DNA of 64,000 nt. Source: Vitrella brassicaformis CCMP3155. Lineage: Eukaryota; Protista; Chromerida. Made by a program: the position numbers and the translations under genes. The stretch is from positions 124,001-188,000 of the forward strand of contig CDMY01000405.1 in the NCBI GenBank assembly GCA_001179505.1. The letters are read 5' to 3'. A model generated the notes under the pieces. The model saw nothing but the letters and a program-made list of their open reading frames with translations. It did no database searches and had not been told where the DNA came from. Each line of letters begins with the position of its first letter. Position 1 is the stretch's first letter. This document shows positions 11,424 through 25,000 of the stretch, one piece after another.

Positions 11424-12578
11424 ATGTTCATAGTATCGGCTGTGCTTGTACTTGCCTGCTTGCTGCACCACGTGTCCAGCGCTTCACCAGCGAGTCTGAG
11501 GTCCAGGAGGTGGCAGCGGCTCCACGGCGGCGAAGGAAGGGCTGTCGAAGCGCCAGTTGATGCACGACTGTGTGGCCCTGGCGACTTCCTGCCTGAGATC
11601 TATCGGGTGGTGACTGGACGCGTGCATTCGTTACATCCAAGGCGGCGGACATGTCAGTGGGCTCGTCTGCGGCAGGTAATTAAGAGGAGATCAATGAATG
11701 CTTGGTTGTGGCCACCGCCGAGGCATGCACGTGTTCTCTCTCTTGTCTTGCCACAGATGGCAGGTGATGGTGGATGTCTGTTTTACTCTCTTGCAAGCGC
11801 TCTGTGGTATGAGGAAGAGGGGCAGCATCCTGATGTCAACAGTGAGGATTTCCGCTCGCTCGCGGCAGCCCTCAGACAGGTACATCGGCACCGATATGTG
11901 CGGAAACACAGCACGCCGCTGGACTCGTCTTGTATGCACATCGGTCAGGCTGCAGTGGACGTGCTCTTGTTTGATGGGAACGCATCCCGTGCTGCTTTCG
12001 GTTCCCCTTCCCTCTCTCATCCTCTCCTGCTGCGCCACATCCATCACACGGGTCACTTGAGGCGGCACCACAAGTCTGCTGCTAACGAACTCCTCCTGTG
12101 CGTCGACGCAAGTCGCGACCTTTGGGTGACCAACAGCGAGTTGCTGGCTGCGGCTGCGTCCTACCACAATACGACATGCGATGTGTACTGTGACGATATG
12201 CGGCGGCACTTCACATGGGGTGGTGGACCCGAGATCGTAGCTATCGCGAATCTTCTCGGCCGCCCCATTCTGGTGTATGAGGCACGGACGGTCAGGGGGA
12301 AAGGGCAGCAGATACATGATGGAGGAGCGCGTTGTTCGCCCGACTGGGATCTGTTCTGTGTGGGCTGCTTCGGGCCTGGCGTCAACAACACGCGGCACCG
12401 CCCGCTGCGGGTCGCGTTTGTGGATGCGACGTTTCCCTATGTGCGTGTGTTGCGAAGGAAGAGGGGCGTGGGCTCTGTGCTTGCTGGTGTGTTAGGGGGC
12501 AGGAAGGGTGGGCAAAGGCCTAACCATTTTCTGGCAATCTTCGTGATGGACGATAACACGAGGACAGGTGTCAGATAG
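11424..12578 (+). CDS. OTU-family cysteine protease/deubiquitinase with N-terminal signal peptide
   Basis: Catalytic motif MAGDGGCLFYSLA (11763-11783), WGGGPEIVAIANLLGRPILVY and C-terminal NHF (His at 12525). Signal peptide MFIVSAVLVLACLLHHVSSA. Probable introns at 11676-11756 and 11880-11948. Confidence 0.85.
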   Translation: MFIVSAVLVLACLLHHVSSASPASLRSRRWQRLHGGEGRAVEAPVDARLCGPGDFLPEIYRVVTGRVHSLHPRRRTCQWARLRQVIKRRSMNAWLWPPPRHARVLSLVLPQMAGDGGCLFYSLASALWYEEEGQHPDVNSEDFRSLAAALRQVHRHRYVRKHSTPLDSSCMHIGQAAVDVLLFDGNASRAAFGSPSLSHPLLLRHIHHTGHLRRHHKSAANELLLCVDASRDLWVTNSELLAAAASYHNTTCDVYCDDMRRHFTWGGGPEIVAIANLLGRPILVYEARTVRGKGQQIHDGGARCSPDWDLFCVGCFGPGVNNTRHRPLRVAFVDATFPYVRVLRRKRGVGSVLAGVLGGRKGGQRPNHFLAIFVMDDNTRTGVR

Positions 12579-13052
12579 GCTGGCTGTTGGGAAGTATTGA
12601 CATACCATCGAATCATTGTGGTCCATTACACTCTCTCTTGATGGTCATGCAGACTTGCAATTAAGTTCACCCGTATGAATGCGGGAACGCCACTTCAGCA
12701 TGCACTTGTCTGTGCATTGATTCATGCATTCATTCATCCACACACACGCACCGCACCCAAGGCTGACCTTTGCTCTCAGGCAAGAAGGCCGCGCGCCTCC
12801 ATTGACACAGACACGACAGTACACACAGACACACGGCATTCATGGCTGGCTCTCGGGCCGCCATTCAATAAAGAGACAGACAGACAACAGCATGCACCTT
12901 TGTACACACACACACACACACACTCACACACACAGAGATGGACGGGCGCTCCGAAGCAGCCACATCCATGCAATAAACAACAAAATGGGACACACACAGA
13001 AAAATGTAGTGTTATGACGTGGAGTGCATTAGCGAGTGAGCGAGTCGGTCGG

Positions 13053-16000
13053 CTAGAAGAATCGGCCGAGTGCGATGGCGAGGAGGGTGACGAGGATTGT
13101 GGCATAGAGAGGCTGCCCGGCGGTGGCCACGGCGCCGCTCTTCTTCCCCCCCGTGGTGACGGTGTCCAGGTCCAGGTCAACCGTGAGCGGGCCGAAGTTG
13201 TTGACGCCTGTCCACTCAATCTGCAACAAAAAGGACGAGACACAAGTGTATTTTCTGTTTCGTTCCATGACATCACTCGTCTGTCTGTCTGTCGGGCCTG
13301 ACCTCGATGGGCTGGACGCCGGTGAGGTTGGTCGGGTTGAGGACGTCCATCGAGAATGTGAGGGTCTTCTTGGCCGTGTACGCGGTGCCGTCCTGGATGT
13401 GCCACATGCCCTCCGTCGCCGTGCACATGGTGCTGTTGAGGGCATTCGGATTCATTTTCCCGCCGCACATGAGCGTGTTGCTCGTCGAGAAGCTCAGGAT
13501 AGACGGCGATCCCATCAAGCTCACTGTCAGCACATCACCTGATCAGCACTCACAGAGCAGCTGGTGGTTGTCAGTGGTGTCACTGAAGGAGTGCTTGAGC
13601 GAACCGCTGGTGGCCGTGAGGGACGTGACGGTGACTGGGATGTTGAGCTGGACGACCGCGCTAGGCGTCAGGGCGCTGCATCCACGGACACATACGGACA
13701 AGCACATGTGCTATGCGTGTTTTCTCCGTCAGCCCGTCAGCCTGTCTGTCCGTCCACCTGAGTTTGATGTCTCCGAGGGAGTCGAAGACGGAACTCGACG
13801 ACACATCGGCCCCCGCGATCTCGTAGTTGGCGTCGACAACCATGCCAGAGGCATCCTTGATAACCAGCCAGAACATGGCGTTGCTCGCTGACGCCGCGGT
13901 GGTCATCGTCAGAGAGAAGCGCTTCTCGCTGCCGGCCATCAGCGTCACGTTGGAGATGCTGCCGATATTCGTTGTGGACTGAAGTGAGTGAGACACACCG
14001 GCACACGTGTGTGTATGTGTGTGTGTGTGTGGCATCAGGTGTGTGGCAGGTGTGTCTCATGTGTTGCGTACGGCGAATGTGGCGTCAGGTCCCAGGGCGG
14101 CCATGTCGAGGTGGGCGGCGGTGGATGTGGAGAAGCTGAAGCCGGTGGGCCCAGTGAACTCGATCCTGCCGCCCGTCACTGCCATCGAGTTTGTGAAGGT
14201 GAACGACACCTTCACTGCCGCACTCGCCTTGGGCGCATACGCAACCTGCACACACACCGACAGAGAGGGAGAGGGAGAGGGAGAAATGTGCGTATCATTC
14301 ATTTGGTGCTTCAAGTCTTCCTGAGCTTCCTTCTCGTCATACCGTGGCGGGCATTCTGACGGGCTGTGGTCCAGCCGGGACGCTGCCGGACATGACAGTC
14401 TGTGTGCCCTCCATGATCTCGATAGTCCACTCAGTGGCGTTGGCAGGCACGCTCGTCGGGTGGTTGGTCAAGACCCTGAATGTGACCGCAGTGCCGACCT
14501 GAAAACACACACCAGACCAGACCACACCAGACAGCAGTGGAGGAAGAGACGGGGCGTGGCATGCGTACCACAAGGCTGGTGGTCGTTTCGGTGAGCGTGG
14601 CCGAGTTGCCGCCTGTGCATGACATGAAGATGTCATTGCCGGCTCCGGCGCAGTTGGTCGGGGGGAAGCTCCAGCCGCCACTCTGGGGCATGAATTTCAT
14701 CTTGATGCCACCAGTGACCGTCGCATCTGCAACACGAGAGAAACCACACACACACACACACACACGCACCCAGCCGCTTCCACATCAGAACAAAGGCGCT
14801 GGCTTTCTCCGTCACTGACCAGCGGCGAGGCCGGGTGTGATGGTCCACTCCCATGGGACGCCCTGTGCCCCGACGGCCGCCGTGGGGAGAGGGGTTGTGA
14901 GGGCCGGCGTCAGGCCGCCCACTGGTGCGCCAACGTCGGCAACGAAGGAGGTGTAGGGGTAGGTGGCGTAGGCGTGCACACGGTGGGCGGTGCCGAAGCC
15001 CACTACCTGCTCCGTTGTCAGGGTCGCTGTCTCGGCAATCATCATGTACCTGAGACACACATACACATACACATACACACATGCATAGGTCCTTCCACAC
15101 ACAGAGTCTGTGTGCGTGTGAGCATACCATGTGGGGTCGGTGGGCGTGGTGGGTGTGGCAGGTGTCTGAACCTCGATGGTGACCTTGTGTGTGGTGCCCG
15201 TGGGGATGGCGCCGGTGAGGGCCACCGCCATGAAGTTGCCCACGGCAACGGTGGCCGAACCGCCGGCAGCCACGGGGAAGGACGAATCAGCGGGGGCCAT
15301 CACCATCGTCACGCTGTAGCCTGCACACACACAATAAGAAAAGGTGATGCATCACACGCACCATCTTCACACAGTCGAGCCGAGCAGTGCGCACGACATG
15401 TGTACCAGTGGGCGCCTTGATGACAAAGAAGCCGTTGGATGCGGGTGCCGCGGGGGTGTTGAAGTCAAACGTCACCTTGATCTTGGAATTCAACATGTGG
15501 CTCTGCAGACACACACGAAAGACGACTTCCCAAGCAGTCGGTCCAGTCTGTCTCTTTGTCTCACCGTGGATGCACCAGTGTCGTCCATTGCATAGAATTT
15601 GACACCCGAAATGGCACCAAAGACCGACGACAAGGCGCCGTAGTCGGCCGCGGCGGAGAAGTCACGTGGAGACGATCCCAGCATGGTGTTGATGGCCCAC
15701 GATGTGCCTGTAGGTGATGCGGTGGCGGGGCTGGTGATGCCCGAGAGGACCAGAGTGAATGGGGTGCCGCCCATGCCGGTCAGACTCGACACAGTCACGC
15801 CGTCAGACGCAGCCACGGCGGTGCCACTGCCAGCCGCCACACTGCTGAACACAAAGGCGTTCGTCGTCTTGACCTCAATAGTGTCGAAATTCTGATCGAT
15901 CAGCAAGGGGAGAGGAGAAGAGCGCACCCATTCAAAGGTAAGATGGCGTGGCATACACTTCCTAGCAGATCGTACCTGGACGGGCGTGAATGCCACGGTG

Positions 16001-19000
16001 ACCTGTGCGTTCGCCTGTCCTGCCACACGCGAGGTGCCCTCGGTGCCTTGAGGGGCCAGCGACACAGACGGAGACGTCAGCTGAGACACACACATATGCA
16101 GCAGGGGAGGGCGTGAGCTGGCTGACAATTCTTGAGTGTCCCTATTGATACCATGGGCTGGATGGTCCATCCCTCGATCTTCTGAGAGTACTGGTTGCCG
16201 CCAATGGCACGCAGATACACAACCTGATGACACAAACACACGGACACACAACACACACACGTGCTGCCTTGTGTTGCGTGGACGTCGGGACACACATGTA
16301 GATGGATACGCACCTCCCAGAAGTTGTTTTCGATGAGTGCATTGGGGTTCCTGCCGATGATGGTGATGTTGAACTGGTAGCTGCTCGTCCCGTTGACAAC
16401 CATCTCGATCTTGTTCTGGGTGGGGCTCGCGCAGATCGTCTGGGCACCATTCAGCTTCACATCCCTGAACGCGCAGACACAGATACACACAACTCATCTG
16501 CATGTCTCCTGTTGTCTCCCGGGTGAGTGCTTACGGCATGATGGCGAATGATCCGGCCGTTGACACCGAGGGGATCTTGGCGTTGGCGGTGGAGCAGACG
16601 GTGAAGCCCATGGGTGCGGTGAGGTGGATCTTGTCGCCAGCCTGAGGAGGCTGCACAGTGTTGGGCAGTGCGATGATCAGCGACGCCCAGAAGTCCGTGT
16701 TGCCTTTGCCCTCAATAGCACTGAACACACACAATCACACACACAGAGGACAGAGGCAGGAAGAGAGACATGACAACCCATGAGTGCCTGCCTGCACTAC
16801 TGAATGGTTCCTTACAGGCCGCCGGGTCCGTCGAATCGGACGGTTTGCAGCTTGGGGATGGTGATGAATCCCGGGATGGTGCCGTAGTCGAGAGAGTAGT
16901 TGCTGGCGACGTAGCCGTCGAGCGACCTGACGCCGCACGTGTTGTTGCCCTTGCCCATGCACGACCAGGCCTCGAAGGTCGGCGGCATCGTGATGTGCTG
17001 GGTCGGGTTGGTCACCTCAAACCAGAACCTGCACCACAACAACACAGGCAGGCAGGCAAGGTCGATCCCCCCATCTATCCGTCCGTTCGTCCGTGTGTGT
17101 CCTTACTTGGCGGTGCCGTTGGCAGGGATGGTGGTGGTCATGTCCGTGATGGCAAAGATCACCAGATTGGACCAGGCCCTGACGACATATACACAACACA
17201 CAGACACAATTGCAGTCAGCCGGTTGCCAACAGATGCTCCTGTCGCTTCTCTGCCTACACGCAGATCATCTTGGCGGCAGCGTCGGGCATGACCCCAGCT
17301 GCGTCCGTCTCAAGATTGGCCATCGTGACGGTGCCACTCGACGCGTTGTAGACTGAGAGACGCAAGAGAGACAGAGAAACATGTCCCGGTCTGATTTTCG
17401 GTCTGGTCATCATTGCTTACCTGAGAACTCTGTCTCTCCGACCATGACCTTAGCCTTGCGGCACGCCAAGTTGGCGGCACCAGACGAGGCCGTGAACTCT
17501 GAGGGACGATAGAGAGAGAGGCAGACAGAAGGCGACACAAACAGCATAGCATCCAAGCTGCAGGTGCTCGGCTGCAGGTGTCGGGACCCACCTACCTTCA
17601 GGGATGAGGAATGTGACGGACGCCATCTTGCCGGAGATGGCCTGCGTGGTCGTCAGGTGGAACTCCAGCAGGTTCATGCCACCCACAACCTACACATAAC
17701 ACACAGAGGCACACACAGAACAGGCAGGCAGGCCGGAGACGTCACACGCGCCCTCTTTCCTGTCTCTGCGTTCCTTCCTTCACTCCCAGCCTTACAGGGT
17801 TCTTTGCCGTGACCATAGCTGGCATGAATGTGTAGAGCATCCTGCCCATGGCCTGCCCGGCGGCGACGTCGTCGAGGACGATGGAGAAGTAGTTGGGGTC
17901 GGGCGCCACGACGGGGTTGGTGGCGTTGATGGAGAAGGCGTACGTGGGCAGGCTCTCCAGCCACGCAGAGAACGTCAGCGTCGCCTTGGACCGCATCGAC
18001 GAGTCGGCGGCGCACGAGGTGAGGGTGAAGGAGGTGTTGAGTGACCAGTACTTCTGGTACATGGGGTCCTTCATGTTGTGCGTGCTGTTGCCGAAAGGAT
18101 ACAGATCGAGCTCGTTGGAGCAATCCAGCGGGAAGACATACCTACACATATCACACACCACACACACAGCGATGAGTCGTGTCCGTGTGTTTCGTTGTGT
18201 GTGCGTGTAGCTGACCCAGCAGGCGCCATGACTTCGAGTGTGTACGGCGTGGCGAGGTTGGTGTCAGCGAGTGTCATGGCGGACGGCTCGAAGCCGAATG
18301 TGATCTTGGTGTCGGCTCCCGGCTTGAGGACGGTGTAGCCGAGTATCTTGGTGGAGACGAAGCCCGGCACGATGTCCTTGGACATGACGGAGGTCATCAT
18401 GTCCAGCTGGTGGTCGCGGAGGGCCTGCTTCATCGGCGCACCCAGACCGGCATTGATGGTCTCGTCGAGATTCACCATCTGACAGTGACCCAAGCAGGCA
18501 GGCAGGCAGGAAAGAGTCAATCGACGCACTTTTGGCAGTATCTGCCGTCACCTCTATCTAGTCTACTCACCACGGTCATGTTGCATTCCTTGATCGAGTA
18601 GAACTCGAACTTGTCCACGTTGGCGACGGCGTCACCAGCCATCTTGGGGTTCATGACCTTGAGGCCGAAGCGGTACTTGCCTGGCTGCAGGGGGTCCTTG
18701 ATGGGGTGGAAGGTCACGTTCATGATGGTCGTCTGGCCGCTGATGGTCTCGCCCTCCCAGCTGCAGTTCATCATCTCGTGGAACGGTGCGGGGGGCGTGT
18801 AGCTGAGACACACATAGACACACAGACACACAGACACACAGACAAAGCGACACTTTTGTGGATCCGTCCATCATCGTCGACCGGTGTGTCGTTTTCCCAT
18901 CGTGTCGTGAGGTTGGCTTACAATTCGGTGGGTCCGACCATCTCGAGCGAACACGCCTGATTGGCGGCGGTGGTGTTGAACCTCTGGCCTGAGGTGGAGA

Positions 19001-22000
19001 CCTCTGATGGGAACTTAACGTAGAGGCAGCCGCCGTAGGGGATGGGCGCGACGGTCTGGAGGCCGAATGTGATGGTATTCTCGGTGGCGTTGCTCGCGGT
19101 GACGAAGGACACCTCGGGATTCATGAGCTTGTTGATCAGCTGGGCGGGGGTGCTCACCATGGCCGTGTAGCGCTTGGCGGCGGTGGTCTCGGGCATGAGG
19201 GTGTGGTACGACTCAAGGAACCAGCTGTTGGCCACCGGGGGATTGGTCTCGTAACCCGACGCCACTTGGACGCCGAAGGTGATGTAGTAGAGCTTGTTGG
19301 TGACATTGAAGCCGTTCGTGTAGGTGTTGTCCACCTTGATGCCATACTTGGGCGCACTCGAGTCGGTGTTTACCGTGCCTGTCCACCTGACACACACAGA
19401 GATACACCCAGGAGAAAGGACCTCGACACGTGTGTGTGCGTCTGGATCTCTCTCTGTGCGTGTGTGTGTGTGTTGCGTACGTGGTGTATCCCGGCGAGAC
19501 TTCAACGAACTCAGCGCGCACGACCGTCTCGTTGACGTTGAGGATGGTCAGGTTCGACACCTCGTTGCCAGCACCAGTCGGCATGTAGTGCTGACCAGAG
19601 GCCACACATCACCAGACATCGAATGCCCGCGTGTAAGTCCCTCGCGTGTGTGTGGGGGTACGCGTGGCGGTATGATAAGGAGGTTGTGTGTGGTGGGCAG
19701 GGCGTGATTGAGCTTGATCTTGGCCACGGCGAATGTGTTCACTGCCGTCAGGGCGTAGGGGCGGGCGTCCAGCACCAACACGTCAAAGATGGCCGAACGG
19801 CTGTCCATGTCGCCCTTGGTCGGTGCCTATACACACATACACACACATGCCATCGATGACACATGTACATGCGAATTGGCAAGACAGACCACTGACTCAC
19901 CTTGACGTATGTGTGGAAGGTGACTGGTTCTGCGGTGTCTCCGAGTTTCTTGGGGAACATGGTGAGGCCGTATCGCGGGGTGGCAGTGCGATCGAAGTAG
20001 AGCTCATCCACGGCATCGCAGCCAATCGGAGTCTGGTCATGGTAGCACTTCTGATGTCGGGAGACACACACACAGCACCAACACAGATGAACAGACGATG
20101 CCTGAGTGCCTCTGTGTGTATGTGTCAGTCAGTCGTCGGCCGACCTGTTGGTATGTTGCGATCGACCAGAAGTCGGTGGTGGTGTAGTTGAGGGCGCCGT
20201 TGGTGACCGGGATGGTGAAGCCGTACCACTTATCGCGGAGCAGCTCCTCGCCGTCCTCAAGCACAATGTTGCAGCTGCATTGACGAACACATACGACAAT
20301 GAAGGCCATCAGTGTGAGCCTCGTGTGGTCTGAGCTGACAGTCTGCTGGAGTTGGCGACGTTGGCCTCCTTGATATCGGGCAGCCACGTGCCGCGGTTGT
20401 TGGGGTCCGCCATGCCGATTTTGTCCTTGTTGCAATCCCAGGCGAAGCCGTGCGGGGCGAACACCGTGATCGAGCCACCCTGACACCCATACACACGACA
20501 CGCAGGAGACAGGAGATGAGAATTGATGACAGTCAGAGCACCTGTGTGTGTGTGGTATGTTTGTTGACTCACCTTGGTAGCGTTTCCGCCAGTGGACTGG
20601 ATGGTCTTGAACATGATGGCGACATCACCCGTGGCCCCGGGGGCGAAGGTGTCGACGGGCGAGAGTGAGGACATCTCCTGGCTGAGGTTGCCCACCACAG
20701 GCACGTTCTTGGCCCAGCGGTTGTCTTCGGCGTCAGCGGTGAAGACGGTGCGGTAGCTGGCCCTGCGTAGGGTGTTGTAAGCTGTTTCGGTGCCCGCGAC
20801 CTGGTTCGAGAAGCCCTGATATATAGATGAGACACACAACATAGAGAAAGGGGAGAAGAAGATACATACAGATGCCATTGTTGTTGATGCGTGTGGCTGT
20901 AGGTACCGTGTTGGCATAGAATGCCCATTCGTTCTGCCAGTCTGATGCCTTGATGGGTGCAGCAGGGTTGTTGACCCACAGCTTGAAGAGCAGCGTCGTG
21001 CCTACACACCATAGCCAGCCAGCCAGCCACACATCACACAACACATATGCATGTAACTTATCTGGACTCACTCCTCACCGGCAGGGATGATGTGTCCCAT
21101 AGACAGCTGGATGGCGCACGCTTCCGCAGGCGTGCCTGTCTCCGCTGCGTACCACACGGCGTCAAGGCTGCCCAGACCTGGCGGCATCGTCAGATTCGTC
21201 CCGGCGTAGTCGGCATAGCGCAACACGTGAACAGGGGCGGCGTCGCTGTCAGTCGCCTGCACACCAACAAAGAGGGGGCACATAGGGAGAGGGTCAATTG
21301 TACATGTCTCTCTGTGTATAGTATGTGTCGGGCTGCTTACGTAGACGTTGCTGCCGTCCCCCTTGCATGTGTAGGTCTGCGCGGTGTTGGACGGGTCGGT
21401 GAAGTTGGGCAGGTTGATGTAGATGGACGACTTGGACGCACTGCTGTGACCGTGACCGTACAGCGCCATGCCTACACACGTGAGACACGATGTGCACACC
21501 TCCCTCCTCCCATCTACCCCACACAACCCCCCTACCGAATTTGATCTTGGCATAGAGGATGTTGTATGTGGATCCCTGGAACCGCTTGTCGTTGTTCATG
21601 TCCTCCATGTCGCCATGGGGGTCGTCCCAGATGTAGCTGGCCACGGACGCCTCGGAGCCCTCCTTGCTCCACTGGATGCGATCGGACGTACCGATGTTGG
21701 GCAGGTACCACTTAGTGCGATTCGACATCAGACCGCCCTCAACCAACTGACAGACAGACACATCGACAATGCATATCCGAAGACGGTGCGTGTGTTTGAG
21801 TGAGTGTCGGGGTACCAGTGCACCGTAGAGGGGCAGGATTGGCTGGAAGCCGCCATGGCTGCGGGCGTTGTTGATCTTGAAGCCCAGACGCACATACGTC
21901 AGAGCCTACACACAGAGAGAGACAGAGAGAGACAAATCGAGACACACACATGGGCAGTCTGTGTCGCTGATGTCAGCGACTTACAGCGATCTCGGTGGTG

Positions 22001-25000
22001 ACTTCCATCCTGAGAGTGTTCTTGAGTCCGCCCATTTGGAAGAAGTCGACGGCAGTGCAGGTGAGGCTGGCATGGCAGGAGCCGCTGATGCTGATGTCCC
22101 AGAAGGTGAGCGGGTACATGGGCACGTAAATCACCTGCGCGTGAGCGTCACACAGAGATAACAGCATGATTGCAAACATACAGGTGTGAGGTGTGGGCGT
22201 GAGTGAAGGTCTTCACCTCGCCGACTTTGAGCTTGCTGCCGGATGCGACTTGGAAGTCCATGTAGATCTGGCAACCAGTGTTTGTGCACTGAGTCACTCC
22301 CTGCATTACACATCAACCACATCACACACACATCGATGGAATCCATTGACCTGCCGACGTCCCTCCCTCTTGGTGTCTTACGATGGTGTTTGCCCCCCGT
22401 GCGACGGTGTCCAGCTCGGTGGCGGCTGTGTCGTAGATGGTGATCGCCGCGCCAGATGATGCCGTCAGCTCTGCGAAGCCAGTGGTGTCCGACGGATTAC
22501 TCGTCGTCAGGTTGTACGCATCTAGAGATCCCACACAACACACACACATGTCGACGTGTCTCGCGTGTACGTGTGTGTATGTCGCGTGGGCTGCATACAT
22601 GTGTTAAGGGTGACTCCGGCCTTGGTCATGTCGCTGTTGTCGTAGTAGAGCTCCTTGGTCTCGATGATGCCCAGCATCGGGTCGGTCGGGTCGCTCAGCG
22701 TCGATATCTCCACCTTGATGTCACTGCACCAACGAGGAAACGATGAGCAGCAAAGACAGACAGACAGGCAGGCATAGATACACACTACTTTGTCGGGTGA
22801 GGGTATGGGCAGACTGACCTGTTGGCGACTTGGCTAGCTGCCTTGACGAGGCCGGCCTTCATGACAATCCAGTATTTGGCGCCCGCCTTCAGGCCAGCGT
22901 ACTGATCAACGCAAACACAGATACACGCAGAGAAGACCACGGTGTCAGGTGTATGGGGTGTTGTTATCAATCATGACGGCTCCCTCACCTTGCTGAAGTG
23001 CATGTAGACATCAGTGACTCCGGACGTGGTGCCCACCTCAACCCTTCACAAGACACACGAGACACCACAGAGCACCCCCGTGTGTGTCGAGACACCTGTC
23101 TGTGACGTGAAGGGTGCTCGTACCAGCACTTCCACGGCATGGGGAAGCCGTGCGCGTCAGAGGACCACAGCTCGTAGAACATCTTGCCGCAGACGGCCTG
23201 TGATTCGGTCGTGTAGGAGGTGAGTGTGGCGCCCGTCGAGATGCCGTCGCTCGCCCACGCCACGCTCGTGTCCACCACGGCCAGCGGCTTGAACTTGAGA
23301 GTGTCCGGGAAGCGGATACGCACACTGGTACAATACAACGCGACAGAGACACAACAGACAGACACACAAAAAGAGGAGTGTCCCGGCCGACAAATCCGCC
23401 TTCTGTATCCGTGTCAGCGCACGTACCGGTACTGTTTGTTGACTTGGTGCTCGCCGTAGACGAAGTTGGTGGAGACGTAAGTGCCGGAGCCGTCGATGAG
23501 GCGCACGCCGCCCGTGGAGTCGGTGCGGGTGTCGACGGATGGCGTGAAGGACAGCACGAGGGGGCCGGCCTTCTGCACCTCAGGCACGGCGAACCACATG
23601 CTGGGGCCGGTGGCCGTGTTGAAGGCACGGGGACCCTGCACGTCGAGAGTGGCCCACTTGTACCAGCTCGTGCCATCTGCACTCACATCCACCACACACA
23701 CAGAGACAGACAGATATGGCTGATATGTGTCCACCTCTCGACCCTCCCACCCACCCACCTCCAGTCCAGCAGATGGTAAATGTGCCGGCTGTGTCGTTGT
23801 TGGTGTAGAGGCCCGTCCCGGAACCCGACTCGGGATACACCTCGCGATCCGCGAGCTATTCCACGAGACACAAACACACGCGCGCATGGATCGAGGATAG
23901 CACTTGTTGCTTGCCTCTCTGGTCGGCACTTACTGCGATAGTGTGGCCGTCGGTCTTCCACGTGACGCCCTAAACAACACCAACAACCACCACATCACAG
24001 GAAAGAGACACGTGCATGTGTCCTTGTGTGCGTTGGCCGCCCATCGTCCAATTTACTGTGAGGTCCGGGAAGGTGTCCATGAAGTTGATTGTGAACTCGA
24101 GGTCGTCGTTGGGTCCCTCCAGCACCTTGTAGAATCGGCGCTGGCCCGACGTGGCGTCAGCGGCCCAGGTCTGGAAGACCTGAGTGGTTGAGAAGGTGTG
24201 CTCGTTGGCGCCCGTGGGGTAGTTCGTAGCTGTTGTCTGGTCGGAGGCGGTGAAGGCCACGAGTGCACCGGTGGCGAGTCCCTTGTTGATGAGGGCCTCC
24301 TTGGTTGTGCCGGTGAGGGTGAGCTTGACCTTCCAGTGGTGTGTGCTGTCGCGTGTGGCGCTCTGGATGGCTGTGGCGGGGAGGGTGACGGCCTCGCCGC
24401 TGATCGAGCCGCTCACGGCCGCGCCAGAGGGGTAGTACTTGATCTGCGACGACGCTGACGCCGTCTCGTTGCACACATCCGTCTCGGTGATCATAATCCT
24501 GAATAAGCAAACGACACACAACGACAGACACTCACATGACTTGGTTGGCATGGCATGGCATGGGTCTGTACTTACTTGTGTGCGGTTGCGCCGGCGAGAC
24601 CGTAGCCCTTGAGAGTGATGGTGAAGGGCTCGCCCTTGGTGACGGGCAGTGTGGTGCCGCTCAGACCGCCATCAGCGCCCTTCTTGGGACCTGTAAACAC
24701 ACACGAGAGAGGCGATAGATGGCGATTGCCACTCTGCCGTTCCTTTGTGTGTTGCGTGCGTACGTACCCTCGACCACCATGATGCCTCCGGACGTCTTGA
24801 AGTCGCTGACAAAGTCGCAGCCGAGGTCGTTGGTCATCTTATCGGCCGCCGTGCAGGGCAGGTCCGTGCAGAACTTGGCTGAACAGTTGAGGACAACAGT
24901 ATGTGTGCATGTATATATGTTTGTGTGTGTTTGTGCTGACTGGGGCAGTAGCAGATCTCGTAGATGCCCGGCTCGGACGCATTGACGTTGATATTGGTCG

